Assembly: GCF_009914755.1 (NCBI RefSeq)
Contig: NC_060932.1
Direction: 5' to 3' (one strand)
From: the human T2T-CHM13v2.0 reference genome, Homo sapiens
Length of the DNA: 64,000 nucleotides
A model generated the notes under the pieces. That model was not told where the DNA came from. It did not search any database and saw only the letters and a program-made list of their open reading frames with translations. The first letter of the stretch is position 1. Each line of letters begins with the position of its first letter. This document shows positions 22,929 to 36,375 of the stretch, piece after piece. The position numbers and the translations under genes are program-made.

Positions 22929-24480
22929 CTGCGGGGGAAGGAGAGGGTGATATGGAGGGCAGCCGAGCTGCAGACGGCCCCCTGCACCTCCCTTACCTCT
23001 GCAGAGGCCATGTGCCCACACTGCCACCCCCCCGCACAGGCCCTACACAGCCAGCACTCGGACACTGGCCATTGTCTGGCAGGGACTGGCTAAATGAATG
23101 TGGCCAGGGCCTGGGGTGACCGCCTCCCAGGACAGTGAGCAGTGGTGACCAAGGATGCACAGCCCCAGTCCTGCAGCCTCAGGTAGGAGGTGACAGGCCC
23201 TGGGGGCCCTGGGGAGTGCCTTGTGGAAGCATAGGTGCAGGCCAGCCACTAAGGCACAACCGGCCCGCCTCGTGCGGGAACAGACCCTTCTCCATCTGGA
23301 CCCAGGCCTGGGCTGGGTGGCGGGAGAATGGTTCTTTTGCTGAATCTATGAAATGGAAACTGGCAAAACTGCCAAATGAGGGCGAGTCAGAGGCCAGCGA
23401 GATGTGTCCGGATGGGGTGAGGAAGAGCCTCCTGGAACGGCAAAGGGGAGATGCTCTAAGGTGAAGGATGAGAAAGCAGAGCCCAGGGAGTGCAGAGGGC
23501 AGGGGAGACCGGAACAAAAGCGGGAACAGCCATGGCGATGGGGGGATGGGTACAGGATCTTTGTAGCCAAAATCATCAGGAATTTTCCATGTCGTCTCCA
23601 GGGACTAGCCCTGCCCCCAGCCTCACCCCTGCAGGCCCAGCCGCTCCCGCAGCTTCAGCCAAGCCGCTGCCTCCCGGCCCCTCCCTCTCCTGCCCGGACC
23701 CTGTCCCCTCCCAGGCCGGCCACGTTCCTGCTTCCCCAGACCCCCGGCACCACCCTGGAGCCCGGAGTGCCCGGTACCCACCTGAGGGCAGGTCGAGCTC
23801 CACGCCGACCCACGTGCCCTCTTGGAAGTCGGCAGGCCCCACGTATCTCACCACGCCCGTTTTGTGGGCGCCCACGGTGACGAACTCGCCCTCTCGGAGC
23901 CACTCCGGGACCTCGTCAGCTTCCTCGGAATCAGAGGCCAGGGCCTGTCCCCCGGCGCCCGGGGCCGGCGCATTCCCCTCGGCCCCCGGGGAGCAGCCGG
24001 GGTCCCCAGCCAGCATGCGCGAGAAGGAGCGCAACTCCGAGGCCCGCACCCTCCGGACGCGGAACGGGGAGCCGGGCGCCGGGGCCTCGAGGTCGGGGCG
24101 CTCCCGACCGGGGCTCACGAGCTGCTGGGGGCCAGGGGGCTCCTCGGCGGGGACGGCCGTGGGCGGTGGGGGGTGGCTGATGGGCGCCTCGGGCTCGGCC
24201 TCAGGGGCGGTGGGCATGGACCCCGGCGGGGCCGCAGCGTCCAGGCCGGGGCCCAGGGCGTCCGACAGGGTCGCGGTGGAGACGCTGTGGGAGAAGTACC
24301 CGCTAGAGGCTTCACTCAGGGGGCTGGGGGGCCCGTCCTGTGCCTCCGGAGCCGGGGTGACCGCTGTGACAGCTATGACAGGCGGTGGGGAAGGCACTTT
24401 GGCAGGTTTGTCGCAGATCTTCAAGGCCGGGGCCCCCATCGTCTGCACCAGCACGTCAGGGCCCATCTCCGGCTGAGCCT
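22690..24480. promoter_or_regulatory. Intragenic CpG-rich region over KIF13B exons 39-40
   Basis: Very high GC and CpG density at 22690-22920 and 23690-24480. Confidence 0.65.
23782..24478 (-). CDS. KIF13B: KIF13B exon 39: Pro/Ala-rich linker and N-terminal half of CAP-Gly (AQPEMGPDV...GVVRYVGPADFQEGTWVGVELDLPS)
   Basis: 697 nt; acceptor ctgcag|GCT, donor TCAG|gtgggt; lies within the 432-aa ORF 23576..24874; CAP-Gly motifs G.VRYVG and WVGVEL. Confidence 0.97.
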
Positions 24481-24566
24481 GCAGCAGGACGGGGAAGCAG
24501 GGGCTGAGAACAGAAAACTTTCCAACACGAACCAAGCAGGCAGCTTTGACTTGGAAAAGAGCATGA

Positions 24567-24700
24567 GGCCAGGGGCAGTGGCTCAGCCTGTAACCCCAGT
24601 GCTTATGGAGGGCAAGACGGAAGATCGCTTGAGCCCAGGAGTTCAAGAACAGCCTGGGCAACATAGTGAGACCCCGTTTCGACAAAATAAATAAATAAAG
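24567..24700 (+). mobile_element. Free left Alu monomer (FLAM-like)
   Basis: ggccaggggcagtggctcagcctgtaa...gagacccc plus A-rich tail. Confidence 0.85.
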
Positions 24701-25230
24701 AACATGGCTGGGACCCGGCCAGGCCCTGGTTCCCACACTGGTTCTGCCACTTAGGGCTGCATGGCCCTGGCTTCCAAAGTGATAAAGGTTGAGGGGCCGA
24801 CAGTGCACCCCGCAGGCCCTGTGCTGTGTGCCCAGGCTCAAGAGCACTGACCATGGCCACAGCCCCTGCCCCATCTACTTTTTACCTTTCATACAAAATA
24901 GAATCCAGGGCCTGCCATGCAGGGCCAGCACGCTACAAAGACCAAGGCCCCTCGCCACAGAGGGCAGCACACAGTAGGTGCACGCTAAAACCCTGCTAGG
25001 GCTAGTTAGCTTTCCTCCCATGGAGACAAAGCCCCTGCCCACCCCCAACCTCACGAAGAGACTGAGTCACTAAAGAGACCAGAAGAGCACTTTTTTGTCC
25101 GGCAAAACCTAAACAATGATCTCATCGGAGGACCGGAACACACTCAGCACAGCCTGGCCAGCTCAGGCACCAACAAGGAGCCACGGGCCTGCAGCCTGGC
25201 TGGGCATCCCGAGCAAGGCAGCAGGGGGAC

Positions 25231-25325
25231 GAGGAGGGGTACGAGGAGGGGGACGAGGAGGGGTACGAGGAGGGGTATGAGGAGGGGGACGAGGAGGGGG
25301 ACGAGGAGGGGGATGAGGAGGGGAC
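25231..25325 (+). repeat. 12-bp minisatellite GAGGAGGGG(G/T)A(C/T) x8
   Basis: Units read directly from the sequence. Confidence 0.95.
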
Positions 25326-27430
25326 AAAGGCTCCCTGTGGGCCGTGGCCCTTTCTCTCCAAGGCTGCTGCTCTGGCTGCTATGGAAAGCAGGTGCCATGT
25401 CAGGGGCTGGGGGGGCCTCGGACCCTGGAGAGAGGCCAGGAAGCAGCCCCCAGGGAGAAGCCACCAAGTGAGGCCAGCAGCTCTCCTCATGTCGGTCACT
25501 CTGTCTGAGTCACCCAGGCAGAGGACACACACACACTCAAAGCCCACATCTCATGGGGGAGAGCAGCCACCGCTTGCCCAAATCCTATTGTTTCTGGGGC
25601 ATTCTTTCATCTATAACTGAAGCCATGTGAAGAGGCTGCCAGATCATCTTTCTATTCCTATTCACAGTGACCGAAGAAAAGGAGAAGGCAGGAACAGGGA
25701 ATGAGATTGGTGGGGTGGAGAGCACTGCTATCCAGAAGAAATATGTTTTCCGATATTTATGGAAAAATTATTTATATTACAGGAATGGTCATTTTCCATT
25801 TGAAATACGGGATTTATTTGAATGGGGAAGCGGCTGAGATCTATACGTCTCTTACAGTTACTTGGCTTACCTCAGCAGCTTGATAAATCATGCGTTTTCC
25901 CAGGAACTGTCCTTTATATTCCCGTTTCCAGGGGCCCTCTTTTCCCCACCAACCACACTTTCAGGGTAGGAAATTAATGGCACCTCTTGAGATTAACAGC
26001 CCATTTTTGTGATGAATCTCTAGGCTGCAAAATTTACTCAATCCAATAGATCAATAACTGTCACCAGCATAAATACTCTAAAAGATTAGGCAATCCTTCA
26101 ATCATTCTTCCTTTGCACATTGTCCATGTTTTATTTATTCTCTTCTATTTTAGTTTTAATATCACTGACCCAACAGGGGAGAATACGCAAAACTATGAGA
26201 GCCGGGAATCTGAACGGTAACCAGGGTCCTGAAATGGCTTCTGTTCCCCGCCCCCACCCCGGGTAAGGCCAGCCACTGTCACTTCCCCAGGCCAGGCTCT
26301 CCCAGGATGAGGCCAGCTGCATGCCTCAGATTTGCAAGTATCATCATCCCATTGGCTTCCATGTAAGACACTGGCTTGGGCTGGGCTGGAAGGATCATGG
26401 CATTATTCTACAGCAGGCCTCCAGAGGGGAAAGCCCTCATCCAAGGCTGCACTAAGTGAAAAGGCAGGCACTGGGGGCAGAGCTGCAGAGTCAACAAAGC
26501 AGGGAGCAGGATGGTGGAAAGCACAGACTGGCACTCCAGGCCCCATCCCCACTTGACTGGAGTTGATTTGTGAGTTGAAACCCAGATGCCATCTATGGAT
26601 TATACCCTTGCCACTGAAGAAGACATTTCTGGAGACTTCTGCAAAAGCCCAAGCTTGGAAAACCACCATGATGAGCTACAGAAGCTGCTGCCTTCACTGG
26701 CAAGGGGCTTGCTCTGACCATCCTGCTGACCAGGGACACTCAAACCTGCCTCAGAGAAGAGACCGGCACCATTCCCAGGGGAGGGGGCACCCCGATCCCG
26801 GCCACAGCAAATTCGTGAATGCCCAGTGTGCACTGGGGTAAAAAGGTCATTCAGATAGAAGTAAATTCACGGAGATCTGAATATTCTTTCTAATGATTGT
26901 GCCTCTGTTGCTGTTGTTTTAATAAAGAAAATTTTCCTAAGAAGATACAGCATTTCCTAAGAGAATGAAAGCGCAGTGGGAGAAAATAGATTTGCTATTC
27001 ATAAGATTAGAAGTGCTGTTGATCTGTGGGAGATTATAAGAGACTATTTTCTCCACAGCTTAGCATTCGTCTTTTCACGCTGATATCATGAATCAGAATG
27101 AAATGTAAAACTGAGAATTAAGCAAACATTTAGAAGAAGGAGATTGTTCTGTTTATAGAAATCTCCTCTGCCTAGCTGTGGGCTATTAAGGCAGCAGACT
27201 ACATTAGCAGTCAAGCACCTAAAAGTTTAGCAATCATATGATTAACAAGTTGAAAATAGAAAAGTATAACAAGGAAAATAGAGAGGGAGAAGGCAGTGAC
27301 CTATATTATAACTAATTACCAAAACAGGAATGCTAACATCAAAAACTGTGGGTGTGGACTCAACAGTTTCGGCATCAGGGCCACCTGCTCGCTGTAGGTG
27401 GGGTGGCCACCCGTGACCCAACAGACTCAC

Positions 27431-27493
27431 CTCCTCCATCCTGGTCACCCTGATGTCCGGGCTGGCTGACTGCACCATGATGCGGGGCACGGG
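27431..27493 (-). CDS. KIF13B: KIF13B exon 38 (63 nt) PVPRIMVQSASPDIRVTRMEE
   Basis: Acceptor cctcctcag|CCC, donor GAG|gtgagt; phase 0-0; in frame with neighbours. Confidence 0.93.
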
Positions 27494-28977
27494 CTGAGGA
27501 GGCAAGTGTGCAGGTCAGGGGTCGAGAGGACAGAACAGGGGTAGCAGAAAGGTTTCCGCTGCACAGGCTGGAGGGCCAGGACCTGCCCGAGGGGAATCGG
27601 CCCATCAGGTGTGCGAGTGTGAGGGGCTCCACACCCTCCAAGGAACAAGGGACCCAGCAAGGGGCTCCTCCCCCAGCCAGGGAAACAGGCCACATGCCAA
27701 GATCACCAACACACATGGTGCACTTACACACACGACGCTCTCTCCCTCCCTCCAATCACATATGCACATGTGAACCGAGGACTGGGCCTGTACAGACAAG
27801 CATTATGAGACAGGAAAGATACAGAAAGACTTCCGGCAGGAGGTGAAAGCCATGCCAGGCTCTGATGGCTGGGGAGAGGAAGGAGTGTAGTCACAGGAGG
27901 GGAGGAGGAAGGAGGCCAGGCTGGCTGGAGCACAAACCCAGAGCCCAAGATGGCAGGCACAGGTCTGCAGAAGGCCCTGGGCATCGGAAACTAACCCTAC
28001 TCAGGAGAGGAAGGGGGTCCCCACTGAGTCCTGAGCAAAGCAAGAAGACAGCTGAAGGCCAGAGACACTGTCCGGGTGGGGACACAACATGACCGGAAGA
28101 ATATTTAAAGTCCAAAGAGGCAGATCAGTAATGCAACTCCAGTGACAGAGCAGGGGGAGGAGGTAAGAGCCACAGGAAAGGGCCTGGTTACTTGTGGACA
28201 CATGGGCCAGGGAACATTAAAGAGACAGAGTTAAGAATCATCAGAGCCAGGAAAAGGGAAGCCTCGGGGAGAGAAGGAACCAGAGCATCATTCTGTTGCT
28301 GCGGAGTGGCTGTGGGACACAGAAGCAGCCGAGCAGATGTGCTCATCCCAGAAGAAGCTGGGAACATGCCACTTCTGCCCCTCCCCCTCCCCCTACCCGA
28401 CTGCAGGAACCAGGCCTGGCCTCCCATGCTGGGCTCTCATGAGGGCTCCATTCTGCCAGGACAGCCGCGGGTAGGGCTTCTTTCTTGTTGGGTCCACAGG
28501 GCACAGCTGGTGGCTGCTCGGTTACTGAACTTTAACTGCCCAGAGATGTGGACTCCACGTCTCCCACCTCCCTTCTCCCAGCCCTCGGCAGTCCTGGTGC
28601 TTTGGCTCTTGTGCGTCTGGGCACTTGAGGCCTCGATGGAGTCAGGCCTTCTAGACAGAGCCTGCAGGCGCGAGCCACACCGCCCAGGCCTTCCTTCCTA
28701 CTGGGGAGCCTGGACTCCAGCTGTAGGGAGAAGAGTCCCGAAGAAGCCAGCCCGCTCAGCAGGGTGCTCACCATGTTTACAAGCATGGAATAGCCTCGCT
28801 TCACCTGAGGGCACCACTATGACCACTCGTGCCTTGGGGCTGCTTTTGGAAGAAAAGTATAAGAGGGAATTGATTCCACAGAAGGTAAGGGGGCACTGGC
28901 AGGATTTGAGAAAAGGTGCAGTGGAGAGGACTCGAGAGGAAACGCAGCGATCAGGCTTAAAGACCTGGAAGGACTGG

Positions 28978-29146
28978 AGCCAGATGTGGTGGTGCACACC
29001 TGCAGTCCCAGCTCCTCAGGAGGCTGAGGCAGGAGAATCACTTAAGCCCAGGAGTTGGAGGCTGCAGTGAGCTATGATCACACCACCACACTCCACCCTG
29101 GGCAACAAAGCAAGACCCTGTGTCAAAGAAGAAAAAAAGAAAATAA
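28978..29146 (+). mobile_element. Alu right monomer (FRAM/AluJ-like)
   Basis: Alu right-arm consensus with A-rich tail. Confidence 0.85.
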
Positions 29147-30137
29147 GGTGGAAGGACCAAGGAAATGAACAAAAGGAATGTGTACTTTACACTGCAACCA
29201 CTAGGGAGTTCCTGGGGTGGTCTGAGGCCCAGGACAGCTAGGACCAGGGTGCATTAAAGATTATGTGAGCAGCCAATGGGACAGAATGAGGGAGGGTCCC
29301 CTGGTGGCAGTTAGGCCATTGCACATGACAAGGCCTGAAGAACAAGACCTTCAGCCTACACCTCAATTCCTTGACCAGAACAGTCTCCCCTCTGCGCCCC
29401 TCCCAGCACTCAGCTCCTTCTGTCCCACTACTGCTCTCCACGGCCCCGCCTACCGCCATCTCCCAGAGAAGAAAGTGAGGCTCAAGCACGCGTCCCACAC
29501 TGCCACGCAGTCCTCGCATGCCAGGGCTCGTATCTTCATTTTTCTGCCTATAGTATTTAACGTCCCCACAAATGGGAAGGTGTTCAAGGGTATATTTCAT
29601 GACAAAAGCAGAAAAAACATTTCTCAAACTCCAGAATACTTGCATTCTTCACTACATCTTACCTAAAGTGGACAAGATTGGGGAACAACTGTTTCCACAA
29701 AGGTGAAGTTTATTCCCCTTAAAGCCTAAAAATGCAAATACCCCAAGGATGGGATGTTAAGCGCCTAACATGAAACCTTTTCTAAAATCACATGATTCCT
29801 GCCCTCTGAAATAGAACATGCAAACAAGTTACACTTTCCTTCAGGACCCAGTGTGATTAGAAAAACCCAGTAGATAGATGCTTATTAAATATTTGCTGAA
29901 ATGGATTCAGGGACTCGACTGACTGCCACTTTGGTTCTCACTCTCCATGTAAAAAAGTTCAGCTCAACAGAGACTGCACCAGGTCCTACCATGCGGGGGG
30001 CGTGGCACCAGGTGCCTCAGGCAACATCAGCATCAGAGGCATGGGCTTTGCTCTCAACAGATGGGCAACCTGATTGGTGGGGAACACATGAGCAAATCAC
30101 TAAAATCAAGGAAGGTGACAGTGGAGTGGAAGCTTCA

Positions 30138-30497
<360 letters not shown>

Positions 30498-30869
30498 TCA
30501 TAAATAGAACGGGTGTGAACGCCACATGAAGGGGGCTTTTGGCACAGGCCTTGGGTATGAGTTCAGCAACCTTTTTAAGGATGCCAAATACATCCACCAA
30601 GAATACTGAAATCATAACCGTGTGCTCATCCTTCACACGTAATAGCTGAAGTTTTCAAGTGTGTCTGTTTGCACCTTTATGCTCTTCTACATCTCCCCTG
30701 TGCAGGCAGTCACCTCCTATTTCAGGGGCTCAAAACATTTCAGATCATAAGTTCATTAATCCTTACAACACATCTGGTAACTATTAATAAAAATGACTGT
30801 GAAGTATTTTGCAGCTATAAATATTAAGGAGAAGTCCCATGAGGCAAGTGAATATGAGTATAATTATCT

Positions 30870-30960
30870 ACATTTCACACTACAGAAACCGAGGCTCAGA
30901 GAGCGTTTACCTAATGGTTAAATGTATTCACATTGCCCTGTAAGTGAGTGACAGAGATGG
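30870..30960 (-). mobile_element. MIR fragment
   Basis: catttcacactacagaaaccgaggctcagagag resembles the MIR core. Confidence 0.6.
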
Positions 30961-31297
30961 AAAAGGACTAAGTTCTCAAGTGCTGGCTGAACCTGCAATC
31001 ACCCTGTCTACTGAGCGTTGCTGAAACTGAACAGATGAGTAGCTTACAGGCAACAGAACGGCTTAGAAATATTCCAGGGAAAAGGTGCCAGTCACTGCTC
31101 TCATCATATTGCCCTGTGTTTTAACTCTGGCTTTCACATTCTACATGAACACATGGGAGATGAGGTCAGAATTTTAAAACTTGGAATAAAAGCTGTTTTG
31201 GAGACCCCTCTGCCAAGAAGAATAAAATTAACCCCTTGACATGACATATACAATCTCCAAGGGGACACACCTTGCTTTGCTTGCTCTACTAGGCCAC

Positions 31298-31358
31298 TCA
31301 GAATTCCCTCAATGGACGGCTTTTCCATTCAGAATTCCCTCAATGGATGGCTTTTCCA
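31298..31358. repeat. 31-bp tandem duplication
   Basis: tcagaattccctcaatgga(c/t)ggcttttcca x2. Confidence 0.9.
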
Positions 31359-31569
31359 GAACCTTCCTCACGCCACTCCGCCCCCGTGGAATCGTGTTCC
31401 ATCTAGTGAATACCGATTCATTTCTAAGTCTCTGCTCATGCATGATCGAATTCTCCTGCAACTGCAGGGAGCAGCGCCCACCGGCTTCGCTGTGTCATCC
31501 GCAGACACTCACACATGACGGTATCTACATCACCCTGCACTGTCTCTTCATCTGCTTTTGTGGCTCTAA

Positions 31570-31690
31570 ACAGGCTTCTCTAAACTTCAGGCTCTTGGAA
31601 GGAGACAGACTACAGCTCATTCATCCCTGTATTTCCTTACATAAAACAGTAGCTCAGTGTTTGTTGAATGAACAAATGCATACATTACTT
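31570..31690 (+). mobile_element. L2 3' end fragment
   Basis: cagtagctcagtgtttgttgaatgaacaaatg is typical of L2 termini. Confidence 0.6.
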
Positions 31691-32212
31691 AGCAAGTGAC
31701 ATAAAGAAGACTAAATTGTACAGTTACATAGGAATGTGGGAAAGAACAGACTCTGAAATGTGGGCATCGGGGAGGTAAAGGGGAAAAGAGGTCCCAGTTG
31801 AAACAAAAAAATAATCACTTCAGAACTTCCCTAACATTGAATTTTCTGATGCATATTTTTTATTGTTTGAAAATAAATCTTTCATGGCTAACAATCACCC
31901 CTTACCCTGAATTTCAGAAATTCTTAAATGTCATTTTTTAATGGTGCTTAAACTAATACAATCCTCTAAGTCTTGTTTTAAACACTAACCAATGATTTAA
32001 ATCCAAGTATAGAAAATTACTTTTTAGTGGAATATACAAGATATGTAAGATTTATTTTTGTTACAAATAGTTAGTAGCCAATCTTTCATTTTCCTGCTGC
32101 TGAAGCGTGAAAAACCTGAGAAACAAAAGGAAGCAGAGCTAAGGCATATAAGGAAACACCTGCTAACCTCCAAAAATGTTCTGATAAAAGTAACATACAA
32201 TGGATACAAATC

Positions 32213-32508
32213 AGACACATTGTGCAGTGGCTCTCGCACCTGCAATCCCACCACTTTGGGAGGCTGAGGCAGGAAGATCACTTGAGCCTAGGAGTTCGAG
32301 ACCAGCCTGGAAAACATGGAAAAACTCCATCTCTACAAAGATTAAATTAGCTGGGCGTGGTGGTGCACACCTATAGTCCGAACTACTTGGGAGCTGAGAA
32401 TTGCTTGAGCCCAGAAGGTCGAGGCTGCAGTAAGCCATGATCATGCCACTCACTCACCCTGGGTGACAGAGTGAGACCCAGTCTCAAAAAAAAAAAAAAA
32501 AAAAAAAA
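32213..32508 (+). mobile_element. AluJ
   Basis: Diverged dimeric Alu with poly(A) tail. Confidence 0.9.
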
Positions 32509-33451
32509 ACCAACCCAAACATTAAGCCTCAGCAATAATCTAATCAACAGAAACACTTTTCTAAGGTTGTCCTGACCAGGGGCCTGGAAGAGAGGAAAAC
32601 GAAGAGTTCCGGGAGGCGGGCGGGGAGAACGTGTCCAGCCCTGGCCTGAAGCCTGTGAACCAGCCTCCGGCATGTGAGGCCTTCAGTGACCACCCTGTGC
32701 GCCTGGAGGCTCCAGACCCTGACAGGGTGATGTGGATAGAATATGTGAGCCATAACGGCACCAGCACTTTTGTCCATCTGGCAGGTATAGTTATTTTAAA
32801 TGCATGGCTTGGCATTCTAACTTTTGTGTAAAAACCTGATCACCTCTGGGCTTCCACACCTATCTGCAAGGGGATGATCCCATCTACATGAGTTCTCTAA
32901 GCGGTGTCACCAGGGAAGCGGACTGGTGGCTGCCGACCCCCGCCCGAGCCACTGTGCCCCTGCCTGCCACATGCCCCTCCAAGCAGTGCCTCGAAGGACT
33001 CAACACCAGAAGGCAACCATGGGTTTCTGACCCACATGATAATCCCTGCTGAGGATTCTACCCGCACTCGAATAGCGTCTTCTAACTCCATTCTCTTCAA
33101 ATCCACTTTCCAAACTACAGCTGGAGGGAGCTTTCCGAAAAACAAAAGTGACCATGTCCCATGTCGCTCGCCACCTTGCAGCTGCCAGGGTTTCCCACTG
33201 CAGCAGACAGGGAAACGCTGGCAGGTCCTGCATGGTGTATTTCTGCGGCTCGATCCGTCCCTCCTGCAAACGCTCTACTGATTGATTCATTCCACAAATA
33301 CAATGACTTGGTTACTCTTAATCACTGTCAGTGAAATCTCTTACAGTCACACGTGAGCATTTAACCGTGCTTTCTCAACGGAAAGCTCAGTTCTGCCACT
33401 CCTGAGGCTCTGTAACCTGAGACAGGTGTGCACCCTCCCCATTTCCCCAAC

Positions 33452-33935
33452 AGGGCAGCAGCCCTGACATGGCAGCCACCAGCCACTGGTGGTGACCCAG
33501 CACTGAGAATGAGGCTAATGTGACTCAGAAAGTCCATTTTTTATTTTAATTAATAAAGCATAACCTTAAACACTGAAATGCTTTTAAGTATGTTTAGAAC
33601 AGCCTCGGCATGTGGGTCTGCTTTTTCAACCATAAATTTTATGAATTCTAAACGCAGATCAAGTATTTCCGACGGAACTTTAGTGTCTGAATTGCAATGT
33701 GCTAGAAATGTAAAATACACACCTGATTTCAAGGACTTTGTACAGAAAGAAGGATGGGAATATCTCAACCTTTTTTTATACTACAGTTGATATGACAGTA
33801 TTTTCAATACACTAGGTTAAACAAATGTTATTAAAATTAATCTGACCTGTATTCTTTTTACTTCCTTAAACGTGGCTACTAGGAAATTGTAACTTGCATA
33901 CATGGCTCGCATTATGTATCTATTGCATGGTGCTT
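33452..33935. mobile_element. hAT-Charlie relic (MER33/Charlie1-like)
   Basis: gtggctactaggaaattg...catggctcgcattatgtatctattg and tgtaaaatacacacctgatttc match MER33/Charlie1 ends. Confidence 0.75.
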
Positions 33936-34596
33936 GTCTAACTCAGTCGTGTTGTTGAGATGGCACATTAAAATTCCTGGTGTGGTGCCAGGTATGCTGG
34001 AAGCTCTCGACACATTTGTAAAGTACTTCATTGGAATTTTGTGTCTGGTCTTCCTGGATATTTCTAAGTTGGCTTACTAAAAGTACATGTTTAAACAGTC
34101 AATAATTTCATCTGATCTAGAAATCACAAGTTTCAAATTAACTGAATCAGTCCCAAAGTCATTCCAAGATGAATTCCACTTTCTTTCAAACAAAGAACCT
34201 AAGATTTCATTTATTTACTCATTCGCAAATATGTACCAGGTACCTACTACATTCTAAAGACTGTGGTAGGCACTGGGGGTGCAGTGTGAGCAAAACTAGT
34301 CCCTGTGCTCCTCAAAACTAGGCACTCAAGGTCTAACATTTATATTCCTATTTAATTTCAGTTACACAAAACAATTAAAAGGCCTATTTTTCCTATCAAC
34401 AAGTAAATTATTTTATCACTGCCTATAAGTGAATGACACCATTCACATGGTCTATAAGACATTAGATATGTATTATAGTCTAACTTATTCTAAGTACTAT
34501 ATAAATAAAATCTTAAATACTAGTATTTCCAGAGTTACTGGAAAAGATATCGCTTCTGATTTTTAGTATCTAGCCAGTTTACTTTACAAACTTCTA

Positions 34597-34821
<225 letters not shown>

Positions 34822-35003
34822 AAACTTCTACATAATACTTAAAACTGATTTAAGCGTTCATATAAGAAAATTCTACACATATATTTTAAAAGATAGAATG
34901 CTCACTTCATCCAAAAAGAGTTACTAGTTTTTCAAGTGTCCATGAAGGATTAAGGATGCTTAAAGAATGTTTGCTAATCTGAAAACTTTAAAAATAGGGT
35001 CTT

Positions 35004-35572
<569 letters not shown>

Positions 35573-36029
35573 AGAATAAAATGAACCCCATTCCTAAAAA
35601 ATTGCTAGCACATGCACCTCTTCAATCGACTTCTTTACTGCCTCAGAAATCCTCTTACTTGCTGAAGGGAATTTTAGTTACATTTCATTATTTTTCAGAT
35701 CAGCTACTAAACCTGATTGTGAAGACAACTCTGACATCTCTAAGTATGTCCACTATATTACCTACAAATTTATGGGGCAAGGCTAGACAGCAAAATGCTG
35801 TGATTCTGGAAAACTAAAAGAGTGATAAGAGTCTTTTAACAATGACAGGAGTGCCTAAAAACTCCTCCCTAAACTGAACAGAAATCAGTTGCCCTGAATT
35901 TTTTTTTAAAAACTCTTTGTTAACTCCAGAACAAGTGAAATACAGCATACTATATCTATAGCTGTTTAAGATGGGTGGTATTAAACTACAGAGAAAATGC
36001 TCATATATGTTATTTTTTAAATAACCTGA

Positions 36030-36375
<346 letters not shown>

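Noticed and set aside
23490-24694. Long + strand ORFs (328 aa at 23490..24476; 290 aa at 23822..24694)
   Set aside because: Antisense shadows of GC-rich KIF13B exon 39, where stops are rare; non-ATG starts, low complexity, and one runs into an Alu monomer.
23576-24874. 432-aa - strand ORF as a standalone gene
   Set aside because: Only 23782-24478 is bounded by splice sites; the flanks are intron read-through, including Alu-derived sequence.
24950-24970. CTCF-like motif gccacagagggcagc (also ccaccagaggccag near 16650)
   Set aside because: Partial matches only; cannot be supported without PWM scoring or ChIP data.
25122-25547. ORFs with SSSP/SSYP, LLVP or RRGT repeats
   Set aside because: Translations of the 12-bp minisatellite.
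28192-29070. 292-aa + strand ORF
   Set aside because: GTG start, no recognisable domain, ends inside an Alu, and lies antisense in a KIF13B intron.
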